A DNA stretch of 30,508 nt, taken from the NCBI GenBank assembly GCA_905235755.1, contig CAJONA010000005.1, forward strand, positions 1-30,508, in the 5' to 3' direction. Positions 8,608 to 18,686 of the stretch are shown here, one piece after another. Position numbers and translations under genes: made by a program. This stretch comes from an uncultured Clostridia bacterium. Lineage in GTDB: Bacteria; Bacillota; Clostridia; Oscillospirales; CAG-272. The notes under the pieces are model-generated. The model had not been told where the DNA came from. It did no database searches and saw nothing but the letters and a program-made list of their open reading frames with translations. Position 1 is the first letter of the stretch. The number at the start of each line of letters is the position of its first letter.

Positions 8608-10191
8608 TCATTTTCCGCTGTCTCCGTAGTTGGAAAGAACGCGTGCCGACGGATCGTTGACGTCACACCCTTTCCACGATTTGTTGGGCATCCAAAAATC
8701 CGTAACCATTTCGGACTGTCCCGGATAATACTTCTCAAAAATTTCACGATATAGCAAAGATTCTTTTGTGAACGGCCTTGCGTGATCATATTTTACACGC
8801 CGCGCTTCAAATTCCGCATCGGTATATAAGCTTTCGGCGTATTCTTTCAGATCATCCACCATCGAGTGACCGACAGCGTCGGAAAACGCCGCTTTTTCAC
8901 GCCATAGAATGTCATCCGGCAAATAGCCGAGTCCATCGAACGCGTGGCGAAGCAGATATTTGCCCTTGCCATAGCGGTTCATTTTCATTTCGGGATCAAG
9001 GCTCATCACGTATTTCACAAAATCAAGATCCCCGAATGGCACGCGCGCTTCCAGCGAGTTTGACGAAATACATCTGTCGGCGCGCAGTACATCGTACATA
9101 TGCAGTTCGCGGAGACGTTTTTCGGCTTCCTTTTGAAATTCATCGGCGTTCGGGGCGAAATCGGTATATTTATAACCGAACAGCTCATCAGAGATCTCGC
9201 CGGTGAGCAGCACACGGATATCCGTGCGTTCGTGTATCGCTTTGCAAACAAGATACATACCCATACTTGCGCGGATCGTTGTGATATCGTACGTTCCGAG
9301 CAATCGGATAACGCTTTCGAGAGAGGAGATGACCTCCTGCGGCGTCATATACACCTCGGTGTGATCAGCCCCTATAAAGTCCGCGACCTGCCTCGCATAT
9401 TTGAGGTCGATCGCATCTTCGCTCATACCGATAGCAAAAGTTTTGATCGGCTTGCTGCTTTTTCCGGCGGCGATCGCGCATACAAGAGACGAATCAAGCC
9501 CGCCCGAGAGCAGAAAGCCGACATCGGCGTCTGCCACCAGGCGCTTTTCAACGCCCGCGATCAATTTTTCGCGTATTTTGCGGCAAGCCGTTTCAAGATC
9601 GTCGCGGCAAACGGAGTTCACGCGTGAAACGTCGCAATACGATATGAATTTTTCGCTTTTGTAATAATGTCCGGGAGGGAAGGGCGTGATCCTTCGGCAT
9701 AGTCCTGTAAGGTTTTTGGCTTCGCTGGCAAACAGGATCGTTCCATTTTTGTCGTATCCGTAATAAAGCGGACGGATACCTATAGGATCTCGAGCGGCAA
9801 TGTATTCGTCGGTTCTGCCGTCGTATATCACGCAGGCAAATTCCGCGTCAAGCATGGAAAACATTTCCGTTCCGTATTCAAAATACATCGGGAGTATGAT
9901 CTCACAGTCGCTGTCGCTTTTGAAGGAATACCCTTTGTTTTTCAGCCGCTCCCGCTCTTTTTCAAAACCGTATAATTCTCCGTTGCATACGGCATAGCAG
10001 TCGTTCAAAATGAACGGCTGCATGCCCGAGGGCGCCGGTCCCATTATCGAAAGCCTGTGAAAGCCGAGCACACCTTTGCCGGTGCCGACGATACGGCTGT
10101 CGTCGGGGCCGCGCGATTTCGTTTCTGCGAATCCTTTTTCAAAAGCGGACATGTCGGGTACGACGCCGCAATAACCAAAGACAGAACACAT
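8608..10191 (-). CDS. asnB: Asparagine synthase B (glutamine-hydrolysing)
   Basis: N-terminal Cys (MCSVFG), HRLSIM, NGELY, RDPIGIRPLY, LSGGLDSS, GEISDELFGY, LEARVPF. Confidence 0.95.
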   Translation of the reverse strand: MCSVFGYCGVVPDMSAFEKGFAETKSRGPDDSRIVGTGKGVLGFHRLSIMGPAPSGMQPFILNDCYAVCNGELYGFEKERERLKNKGYSFKSDSDCEIILPMYFEYGTEMFSMLDAEFACVIYDGRTDEYIAARDPIGIRPLYYGYDKNGTILFASEAKNLTGLCRRITPFPPGHYYKSEKFISYCDVSRVNSVCRDDLETACRKIREKLIAGVEKRLVADADVGFLLSGGLDSSLVCAIAAGKSSKPIKTFAIGMSEDAIDLKYARQVADFIGADHTEVYMTPQEVISSLESVIRLLGTYDITTIRASMGMYLVCKAIHERTDIRVLLTGEISDELFGYKYTDFAPNADEFQKEAEKRLRELHMYDVLRADRCISSNSLEARVPFGDLDFVKYVMSLDPEMKMNRYGKGKYLLRHAFDGLGYLPDDILWREKAAFSDAVGHSMVDDLKEYAESLYTDAEFEARRVKYDHARPFTKESLLYREIFEKYYPGQSEMVTDFWMPNKSWKGCDVNDPSARVLSNYGDSGK

Positions 10192-10214
10192 AATTATGTA
10201 TGATTACCTCTATA

Positions 10215-12311
<2,097 letters not shown>

Positions 12312-12340
12312 TGCAAATTCTCCTTTTTGTTCTTATAACA

Positions 12341-12389
12341 AAGAAAAAGCGCCTCTCATGTAAAATGACATGAAAGACGCCTTTGCCTT
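12341..12389 (-). promoter_or_regulatory. ANTAR-type attenuator 2 in the GS III leader
   Basis: Minus strand hairpin AAGGC-AAAGGC-GTCTT overlaps the 5' arm of a 13-bp terminator stem (GCGTCTTTCATGT/ACATGAGAGGCGC) followed by TTTTTCTTT. Confidence 0.75.
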
Positions 12390-12416
12390 CATTGTATTGA
12401 ATTTATGTCTGTAAAG

Positions 12417-12460
12417 TAAAACAGCGTCTTTGAGCCGAAAACTCAAAGACGCCATTGCCT
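12417..12460 (-). promoter_or_regulatory. ANTAR-type attenuator 1 in the GS III leader
   Basis: Minus strand hairpin AGGC-AATGGC-GTCT overlaps a perfect 11-bp terminator stem (GCGTCTTTGAG/CTCAAAGACGC) followed by TGTTTT. Confidence 0.75.
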
Positions 12461-12472
12461 TCAACGTGGGGC

Positions 12473-12501
12473 ATTATACACCTTTGCTTTCGCTTTGTCA
12501 A
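12473..12501 (-). promoter_or_regulatory. SigmaA promoter of the GS III-asnB operon
   Basis: Minus strand TTGACA-17 bp-TATAAT. Confidence 0.85.
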
Positions 12502-12564
12502 GCACTTTTTGTGATTTTTCTCGAAAAATCACGGAAAAATCGGTCGGATGTTCGCGTTTTTCTC

Positions 12565-12593
12565 TTGACAAAACGCGAAACGAGATGTATAAT
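12565..12593 (+). promoter_or_regulatory. SigmaA promoter of the split gltB/GS-like/ANTAR operon
   Basis: TTGACA(12565)-17 bp-TATAAT(12588). Confidence 0.85.
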
Positions 12594-12600
12594 GTCTGCA

Positions 12601-12660
12601 ATGAGCAAAGGCGTTCATTTACGTACAGATCTTATTCTGCGCGCAGATGGGCGCTTTTTT
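12601..12660 (+). promoter_or_regulatory. ANTAR-type attenuator in the gltB operon leader
   Basis: Hairpin ATGAGC-AAAGGC-GTTCAT overlaps a 19-bp imperfect terminator stem (12611-12654) followed by a T tract. Confidence 0.78.
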
Positions 12661-12703
12661 ATTTTTTATTTTTTATTTTTTGTATAAGGAAAGGCGAACC
12701 GAT

Positions 12704-13798
12704 ATGGTTAAAGAAGGAAATATCAGAATACCGTCGGGATGCGCGATCGCCGCTATCATATCAAGAGACGGGAACCGAATGACCGGTGAAAAAATCGTTG
12801 AGGCAATGAAGCCGATGCACGATCGCTCAAACGGACTCGGCGGCGGCTTCGCCGGCTACGGTATATATCCCGAATACAAAGATTTTTACGCGCTGCATCT
12901 TTTTTGCGACTGTCGGGATACCAGAAAAGCGTGCGAAGCGTTTTTGAGGGAGCATTTCGAGATCGTAAAAGGGGAGATCATTCCCACACGCAAAATGCCC
13001 GAGATCACCGATGAGCCGATCATATGGCGCTACTTCGTTGCGCCGCTCAAATCGGTCCTTGCCGACTTGCAGCTGGACGAGAAGGAATTTGTCGCCCGTA
13101 CTGTAATGAAGATCAATACGGAAATGGAAGGCGCCTATGTTTTTTCAAGCGGAAAGAATATGGGAACGTTCAAAGCGGTGGGATTTCCGGAGGACGTCGG
13201 TCTGTTTTACAGGCTGGACGAGTATGAAGGATACAGCTGGACGGCGCATGGGCGTTATCCGACGAATACACCGGGATGGTGGGGCGGAGCTCATCCGTTC
13301 ACACTGCTCGATTATTCCGTTGTCCATAACGGAGAGATCTCTTCCTATGACGCCAACCGCCGATTTATCGAGATGTTCGGCTATAAGTGCACATTGCAGA
13401 CCGATACCGAGGTCATCACCTACATTCTCGATTATCTGATCCGCGTGCGGAAGCTGACTATGAAAGAAGCCGCAAATGTTATCGCCGCGCCGTTTTGGAG
13501 CACGATCGAGAAACAAACGGATGAATATGAAAGAAATAAGCTGAAATATTTGAGGACCGTTTTTTCGAGCTTACTTATTACAGGTCCGTTTTCTATCGTT
13601 CTCGGATTTAACGGAGGCCTTATGGCGCTGAATGACCGATTGAAGCTTCGTTCCATGGTCGTGGGCGAAAAAGACGATCTCGTATTTATCGCCAGTGAAG
13701 AGGCGGCGATCCGCGCGATGGAACCTGATGCCGGAAACATTCGGGCGCCTGCAGGCGGAGAGCCGGTGATCGTTACCGTAAAGGAGGGAAAGTTCTGA
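12704..13798 (+). CDS. gltB: Class II glutamine amidotransferase subunit of a split (archaeal-type) glutamate synthase
   Basis: MVKEGNIRIPSG-CAI propeptide and Cys; AHGRYPTNT, GAHPF, HNGEISSY, TDTE, DRLKLRS; start at ATG 12704 after AAGGAAAGG. Confidence 0.88.
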   Translation: MVKEGNIRIPSGCAIAAIISRDGNRMTGEKIVEAMKPMHDRSNGLGGGFAGYGIYPEYKDFYALHLFCDCRDTRKACEAFLREHFEIVKGEIIPTRKMPEITDEPIIWRYFVAPLKSVLADLQLDEKEFVARTVMKINTEMEGAYVFSSGKNMGTFKAVGFPEDVGLFYRLDEYEGYSWTAHGRYPTNTPGWWGGAHPFTLLDYSVVHNGEISSYDANRRFIEMFGYKCTLQTDTEVITYILDYLIRVRKLTMKEAANVIAAPFWSTIEKQTDEYERNKLKYLRTVFSSLLITGPFSIVLGFNGGLMALNDRLKLRSMVVGEKDDLVFIASEEAAIRAMEPDAGNIRAPAGGEPVIVTVKEGKF

Positions 13799-15306
13799 TG
13801 GACGGCGCAGCATTTATTTACCCGGAATTTGAAGTGATCCGTAATTCGGACCGTTGTATCGCGTGCCGCGTATGCGAGCGACAGTGCGCAAACGAAGTAC
13901 ATTCGTTCAACAGTGAACGGGGCAAGATGCAGAGCGACGAAGCAAAATGCGTCAACTGTCAGCGGTGTGTGTCGCTCTGCCCGACCGGAGCGCTCAAAAT
14001 CATCAAAAGCGACTGTTCATTATGTGAAAACGCAAACTGGCAGAACGACACGATCAAAGAGATATATAAGCAGGCAAACAGCGCGGGGGTGCTCCTTTCT
14101 TCTATGGGAAATCCGAAGCCGTTGCCGGTCTATTGGGACAAGATACTGATCAACGCCTCGCAGGTCACAAATCCGCCGATCGATCCTCTGCGTGAGCCGA
14201 TGGAAACAAAGGTCTTTCTCGGCAAAAAGCCCGCGGAGATCCGTCGGGACGAAGACGGCAAACTGATCTGCGAAATGCCTCCTCAGATCGAGCTTTCCAT
14301 GCCGATCATGTTTTCCGCGATGAGCTACGGCTCAATCAGCTACAACGCTCACGCCTCTCTTGCCCGTGCCGCGACAGAACTCGGGATTCTTTATAACACG
14401 GGCGAAGGCGGACTCCACGAGGATTTTTATCAGTACGGCAAAAACACGATCGTTCAAGTCGCATCCGGCCGCTTCGGCGTTTATGAGGATTACCTCAAAG
14501 CAGGCGCCGCGATAGAGATAAAAATGGGACAAGGCGCAAAGCCGGGTATCGGAGGGCACCTTCCGGGCGCAAAGATCGTCGGCGACGTTTCCCGCACCCG
14601 CATGATCCCCGAAGGATCGGACGCCATATCTCCCGCGCCTCACCACGATATCTATTCCATCGAGGATCTGCGCCAACTCGTGTTTTCACTGAAAGAGGCG
14701 ACTGAATACACAAAGCCCGTCATCGTTAAAGTTGCCGCCGTTCACAACATTGCGGCCATTGCGAGCGGCATTGCCAGAAGCGGCGCGGATATCATTGCGA
14801 TCGACGGATTTCGCGGCGGCACAGGCGCCGCGCCGACGAGAATACGGGACAATGTGGGCATTCCGATCGAGCTTGCTCTCGCCGCCGTCGATCAAAGATT
14901 GCGCGACGAAGGAATACGCGGCAACGTTTCGCTTGTTGTGGGAGGCTCTGTCAGAAGTGCGGCGGACGTCGTCAAGGCGATCGCTCTCGGAGCGGACGCC
15001 TGTTATATCGCCACGGCGGCGCTGCTTGCGCTCGGCTGTCACCTCTGCCGCACTTGCCAAAGCGGAAAATGCAACTGGGGGATCGCAACACAACGGCCTG
15101 ACCTTGTAGAGCGCCTCGATCCCGATATCGGCAGCAAAAGGCTGATCAACCTTATGACCGCGTGGCGCCATGAGATCATGGAGATCATGGGCGGTATGGG
15201 GATCAACTCAATAGAAGCGCTCCGCGGCAACCGCTCTATGCTCCGCGGCGTCGGACTAAACGAAAAAGAACTTGAGATCCTCGGTATCTCTCACGCGGGG
15301 GAGTAG
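13798..15306 (+). CDS. gltB: Glutamate synthase FMN-binding subunit with N-terminal 2x[4Fe-4S]
   Basis: CIACRVCERQC, CVNCQRCVSLCP; AMSYGS, NTGEGG, EIKMGQGAKPGIGGHLPG, SPAPHHDIYSIEDL, CHLCRTCQSGKC. Confidence 0.93.
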   Translation: MDGAAFIYPEFEVIRNSDRCIACRVCERQCANEVHSFNSERGKMQSDEAKCVNCQRCVSLCPTGALKIIKSDCSLCENANWQNDTIKEIYKQANSAGVLLSSMGNPKPLPVYWDKILINASQVTNPPIDPLREPMETKVFLGKKPAEIRRDEDGKLICEMPPQIELSMPIMFSAMSYGSISYNAHASLARAATELGILYNTGEGGLHEDFYQYGKNTIVQVASGRFGVYEDYLKAGAAIEIKMGQGAKPGIGGHLPGAKIVGDVSRTRMIPEGSDAISPAPHHDIYSIEDLRQLVFSLKEATEYTKPVIVKVAAVHNIAAIASGIARSGADIIAIDGFRGGTGAAPTRIRDNVGIPIELALAAVDQRLRDEGIRGNVSLVVGGSVRSAADVVKAIALGADACYIATAALLALGCHLCRTCQSGKCNWGIATQRPDLVERLDPDIGSKRLINLMTAWRHEIMEIMGGMGINSIEALRGNRSMLRGVGLNEKELEILGISHAGE

Positions 15307-15307
15307 T

Positions 15308-15436
15308 ATCAAACGTGCTTATGCAAACGGATAACGGCGCGTCGGCTGTCACATTTGCGAATACGAATGCGCATTTGCCGATTCGGGCTTGACGCTATCA
15401 ATGATGCACTTGATAAAAAAGTTGCGTCAAATTTGA
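15308..15436 (+). pseudogene. Remnant of a 4Fe-4S dicluster protein gene
   Basis: Frame from 15308 reads I(ATC)KRAYANG*RRVGCHICEYECAFADSG, colinear with the N-terminus I recall for the ferredoxin-like subunit of such clusters (MKRVYVNEEWCLGCHLCEYNCAFANSG). Start codon and first Cys lost, in-frame stop, rest of gene absent. Confidence 0.7.
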
Positions 15437-15481
15437 TTTTTCACAAAAAATACGTAGAAAAAAGTTTGGAGGCGTTGTATA

Positions 15482-16201
15482 ATGGTCATACAGGCCGCAA
15501 GCCTTGATCATAAGGCTATAAATGATGCGCTGCGCGGACAGGAAACGGACTGCACCGTTGTCGGATGTCTCGGCCAGCGGTTTATCGGCGCCGGAATGTC
15601 GGACAAAACCGTCGTGATCGACGGCGTGCCGGGAAATGCGCTCGGCGCATATCTGAACGGCGCGCAGATAACTGTCAACGGCAATGCGCAGGACGCCGTC
15701 GGAGACACGATGAACGACGGAAAAATCATCATTCACGGCAACGTCGGGGACGCCGCGGGATACGCTATGCGCGGCGGCACGATCTATGTGAAAGGCAACG
15801 CGGGTTACCGCGCCGGTATTCACATGAAAGCCTATCACGACAAAATCCCCGTTATCGTCATCGGCGGACGCGCCGGAAGCTTTCTCGGGGAATATCAAGC
15901 GGGCGGAATCATAGTCGTGCTGGGAGTAGGCGGAGATGAAAAACGTATCGTGGGCAATTTTCCGTGTACGGGAATGCACGGCGGAAAGATGATCCTTCGC
16001 TCCGATTGCGCCGACATTGATTTTCCCGGACAGGTGAGCGCACGACCTGCGTCACCCGATGAGATGAAAGAAATAAAAAAATATGTAACGGAATACTGTC
16101 GGCTGTTCGGGTATGACGAAAGCGATATCATGAACTCGATTTTCACCGTCGTTACGCCGGACACCGAAAATCCGTACAAACAACTATATGTTGCAAACTG
16201 A
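15482..16201 (+). CDS. gltB: Glutamate synthase GXGXG beta-helix subunit
   Basis: Repeated GNAQDAVGDTMNDG / GNVGDAAGYAMRGG / GNAGYRAGIHM / GSFLGEYQAGG turns. Confidence 0.9.
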   Translation: MVIQAASLDHKAINDALRGQETDCTVVGCLGQRFIGAGMSDKTVVIDGVPGNALGAYLNGAQITVNGNAQDAVGDTMNDGKIIIHGNVGDAAGYAMRGGTIYVKGNAGYRAGIHMKAYHDKIPVIVIGGRAGSFLGEYQAGGIIVVLGVGGDEKRIVGNFPCTGMHGGKMILRSDCADIDFPGQVSARPASPDEMKEIKKYVTEYCRLFGYDESDIMNSIFTVVTPDTENPYKQLYVAN

Positions 16202-16220
16202 AAAAATGCGGGAGGATAAC

Positions 16221-17429
16221 ATGAAATATTCAAAAGAAGAGGTCATGCAGTACGTTTCGGAGGAGGACGTCAAATTCATACGCCTTGCTTTTTGCGACGT
16301 GTTCGGAAAGCAGAAGAACATTTCGATCATGACGGACGAACTGCCGCGCGCTTTTGAATACGGCATAGCTTTTGACGCTTCGGCGATCGCCGGATTCGGC
16401 GGCGAAACACATTCCGATCTTTTTCTCCATCCGGACCCCGAAACGCTGACGTGGCTTCCGTGGCGGCCGGAACACGGCAAGGTCGTGCGAATGTTCTGCT
16501 CTATCACATATCCTGACGGCAAGCCGTTTGAATGTGATACAAGAAGCCTGCTTAAAAAAGCGATCCTTGACGCAAAAATCGCCGGCTGCACCTTCTATTT
16601 CGGCTCTGAGCAGGAGTTCTATCTTTTTGAACTCGATGATAAAAATATGCCTACAAAGATCCCTTACGACCGCGCCGGTTACATGGACATCGCGCCGGAG
16701 GACAAGGGGGAAAACGTGCGGCGCGAGATCTGCCTTACATTAGAGCAAATGGGGATCCACCCGGAGAGTTCTCATCACGAGGAAGGTCCGGGGCAAAACG
16801 AAATAGATTTCAGGTACACGGAAGCTCTTACCGCCGCCGACGATGTGATGACATTCCAAACGGTTGTTAAAACGGTTGCGCGCCGTAACGGACTGTATGC
16901 CGATTTTTCGGCGAAGCCGCTCGATGACGCTCCCGGAAACGGCTTTCATATCAACGCGTCGGTAAAACCCGACGATTCATCCGAAAATCTTCACCGCATG
17001 ATCGCCGGCGTTTTGGACAAGGCTGTTCCGATGACGGCTTTTCTGAACCCGACGGACGATTCATATCGGCGGCTGGGGCAGATGAAAGCGCCGCGTTATA
17101 TTTCATGGTCTGCCGAAAACCGCTCTCAGCTTGTGCGCATCCCCGCCGCCGCAAACGAATATCGCCGCGCGGAGCTGCGCTCTCCCGATCCTTATGCCAA
17201 TCCGTATATTGCGTTCGCGCTGATGATTTGGGCGGGGCTGCACGGGATCGAGGACAAAGTCGATTTGCCGAAATCAGTCGATATCAATCTGTATAAAGCA
17301 GAAGAAAAAATACTCTCGACGCTGACAAAGCTTCCTTCAACTCTTGAAGAAGCGAAAAAGGCGGCGGCGTCTGACGAATTCATCAAAGCGCATATTCCGG
17401 TCGAGATACTGGAATTTTACTGCAAATAA
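16221..17429 (+). CDS. Glutamine synthetase type I-like protein, C-terminally short with altered Glu flap
   Basis: GSEQEFYLF, HHEEGPGQNEID, GNGFHIN, NRSQLVRIP, ELRSPD retained; flap loop reads RLGQMKAP; 402 aa from ATG 16221 (GGAGG RBS). Confidence 0.88.
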   Translation: MKYSKEEVMQYVSEEDVKFIRLAFCDVFGKQKNISIMTDELPRAFEYGIAFDASAIAGFGGETHSDLFLHPDPETLTWLPWRPEHGKVVRMFCSITYPDGKPFECDTRSLLKKAILDAKIAGCTFYFGSEQEFYLFELDDKNMPTKIPYDRAGYMDIAPEDKGENVRREICLTLEQMGIHPESSHHEEGPGQNEIDFRYTEALTAADDVMTFQTVVKTVARRNGLYADFSAKPLDDAPGNGFHINASVKPDDSSENLHRMIAGVLDKAVPMTAFLNPTDDSYRRLGQMKAPRYISWSAENRSQLVRIPAAANEYRRAELRSPDPYANPYIAFALMIWAGLHGIEDKVDLPKSVDINLYKAEEKILSTLTKLPSTLEEAKKAAASDEFIKAHIPVEILEFYCK

Positions 17430-17466
17430 TGACGCTTTGAAAAAATGGTGAAAGGAGGGACGGGTT

Positions 17467-18054
17467 TTGAGCCTGAAAGAACAAGTGTACAGCGTTCTGG
17501 TAGCTTCGGCATCGGAAAAATTCAACCGGGTACTGCCTGAAATATTTCCCGTTTCCGCTTTTTCGCCTGTCAAGGTCGTTCTCGATATCAGCGCTGCTAA
17601 ACGCGCGCTGTCGGAACGGGATTTTGATTTTGTGATCGTGAATTCACCGCTTCCCGACGATGCGGGTATCCGCTTTGCCATCGATACGAGCGATTCCTAT
17701 AATACGGTCGTTTTGTTTCTGGCAAAAACGGAACAATATAATGACGCATATGACAAGCTGGCGCAGCACGGCATTTTCCTGCTTCAAAAGCCGCTGTCGA
17801 TGACAGTGCTTCAAACCGCATGCGGGTGGCTTATCAGCGCACGCGAGCGGATCAGAAAAACGGAAAAAAAGACGCTTTCGATAGAAGAAAAAATGAACGA
17901 GATACGGCTTGTCAACCGCGCCAAATGGCTGCTTATAAGCGAGCTCAAAATGACCGAGCCGGACGCGCACAGATATATTGAAAAGCAGGCGATGGACCGC
18001 TGCGAGTCAAAACGTCAAATCGCCGAGGAGATCATTAAAATTTACGGTAATTGA
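17467..18054 (+). CDS. ANTAR-domain RNA antiterminator with pseudo-receiver domain (AmiR/NasT/NitR-like)
   Basis: C-terminal RLVNRAKWLLISELKMTEPDAHRYIEKQAMDRCESKRQIAEEII; receiver lacks the acidic pair and has Asn at the phospho-acceptor position (FVIVNSPLPD); TTG start after AAGGAGG. Confidence 0.9.
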   Translation: MSLKEQVYSVLVASASEKFNRVLPEIFPVSAFSPVKVVLDISAAKRALSERDFDFVIVNSPLPDDAGIRFAIDTSDSYNTVVLFLAKTEQYNDAYDKLAQHGIFLLQKPLSMTVLQTACGWLISARERIRKTEKKTLSIEEKMNEIRLVNRAKWLLISELKMTEPDAHRYIEKQAMDRCESKRQIAEEIIKIYGN

Positions 18055-18095
18055 AGAAAGGGAAGTCGATCGGCATTACGGTCGAATAAACAAAA

Positions 18096-18153
18096 AAGGC
18101 CTTCTGAACTCCGCTGCAAAACACAGCGAAAGCTCGAAAGCCTTATTTTTTTT
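18096..18153 (+). terminator. Probable terminator of the gltB-ANTAR operon
   Basis: AAGGC...CGCTG-CAAAACA-CAGCG...GCCTT interrupted hairpin followed by a T tract. Confidence 0.5.
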
Positions 18154-18323
18154 ATGTTTTTCATCATTCACTGAGCGGTTTGCCGTAAATATTGAGCCCA
18201 TAATATTTATTTACGACTTCAAGCAGCTCCACTTCGTTAACAGGCCCAAAAGTAACGCTGCGCGGGTTCATAATCGTTATTTTTATTTCACCGTTTTACA
18301 ATAATGATCGCGGAGATTTTTTC

Positions 18324-18363
18324 GAAAAAAATCTCCCCTAAGACCTAAACCTTCGGGGAGATT
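18324..18363 (-). terminator. Original terminator downstream of the tRNA-Leu gene
   Basis: AATCTCCCC/GGGGAGATT stem directly after the CCA end, followed by T7 on the minus strand. Confidence 0.7.
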
Positions 18364-18416
18364 GGTGCGGGTGAAGGGACTTGAACCCACACATCACTGC
18401 TGATACAAGAACCTGA
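18363..18416 (-). tRNA. Displaced 3' half of tRNA-Leu(CAG); att junction, not an intact gene
   Basis: Minus strand TCAGGTTCTTGTATCAGCAGTGATGTGTGGGTTCAAGTCCCTTCACCCGCACCA: U33, anticodon CAG, long variable arm, TTCAAGT loop, CCA. The 5' half is absent from the window. Confidence 0.88.
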
Positions 18417-18534
18417 CGGTAGCGTCCCCTCGGTGAAAAATAAAAAATTGCTGCACGCGTTTTTTGATGCAGGTATAACATGAAACTATTGTTTTTTCAA
18501 GTTTATGTCAATCGAAAAAATTTACTTTTTCCCC

Positions 18535-18563
18535 TTGACTTTTCCGAAAGTGTGTGGTATTGT
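18535..18563 (+). promoter_or_regulatory. SigmaA-like promoter for peptide-XRE-DUF2442-like operon
   Basis: TTGACT-17 bp-TATTGT. Confidence 0.55.
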
Positions 18564-18589
18564 GAGTTGCTAACGGGAGGTAAAGTGTA

Positions 18590-18673
18590 ATGAAACAACA
18601 ACGAAAAATCATCAAAAACAAAGACAGCGGCTATGTTTCCGAGTTCGGAAGCGTGGTCGCTGTTCTGTTATGA
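18590..18673 (+). CDS. Putative 27-aa peptide MKQQRKIIKNKDSGYVSEFGSVVAVLL
   Basis: GGGAGGT RBS upstream of ATG 18590; TGA abuts the AAAGGA RBS of the next gene. Confidence 0.45.
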   Translation: MKQQRKIIKNKDSGYVSEFGSVVAVLL

Positions 18674-18686
18674 AAGGAAAACGAAC

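Noticed and set aside
18164-18271. 35-codon minus-strand ORF MNPRSVTFGPVNEVELLEVVNKYYGLNIYGKPLSE
   Set aside because: Protein-like composition but no clear RBS, lies downstream of the tRNA terminator, and I cannot assign a family; possibly a gene remnant
18363-18416. Intact tRNA-Leu gene
   Set aside because: Sequence 5' of the anticodon cannot pair with the anticodon stem, and no D arm or acceptor 5' strand is present
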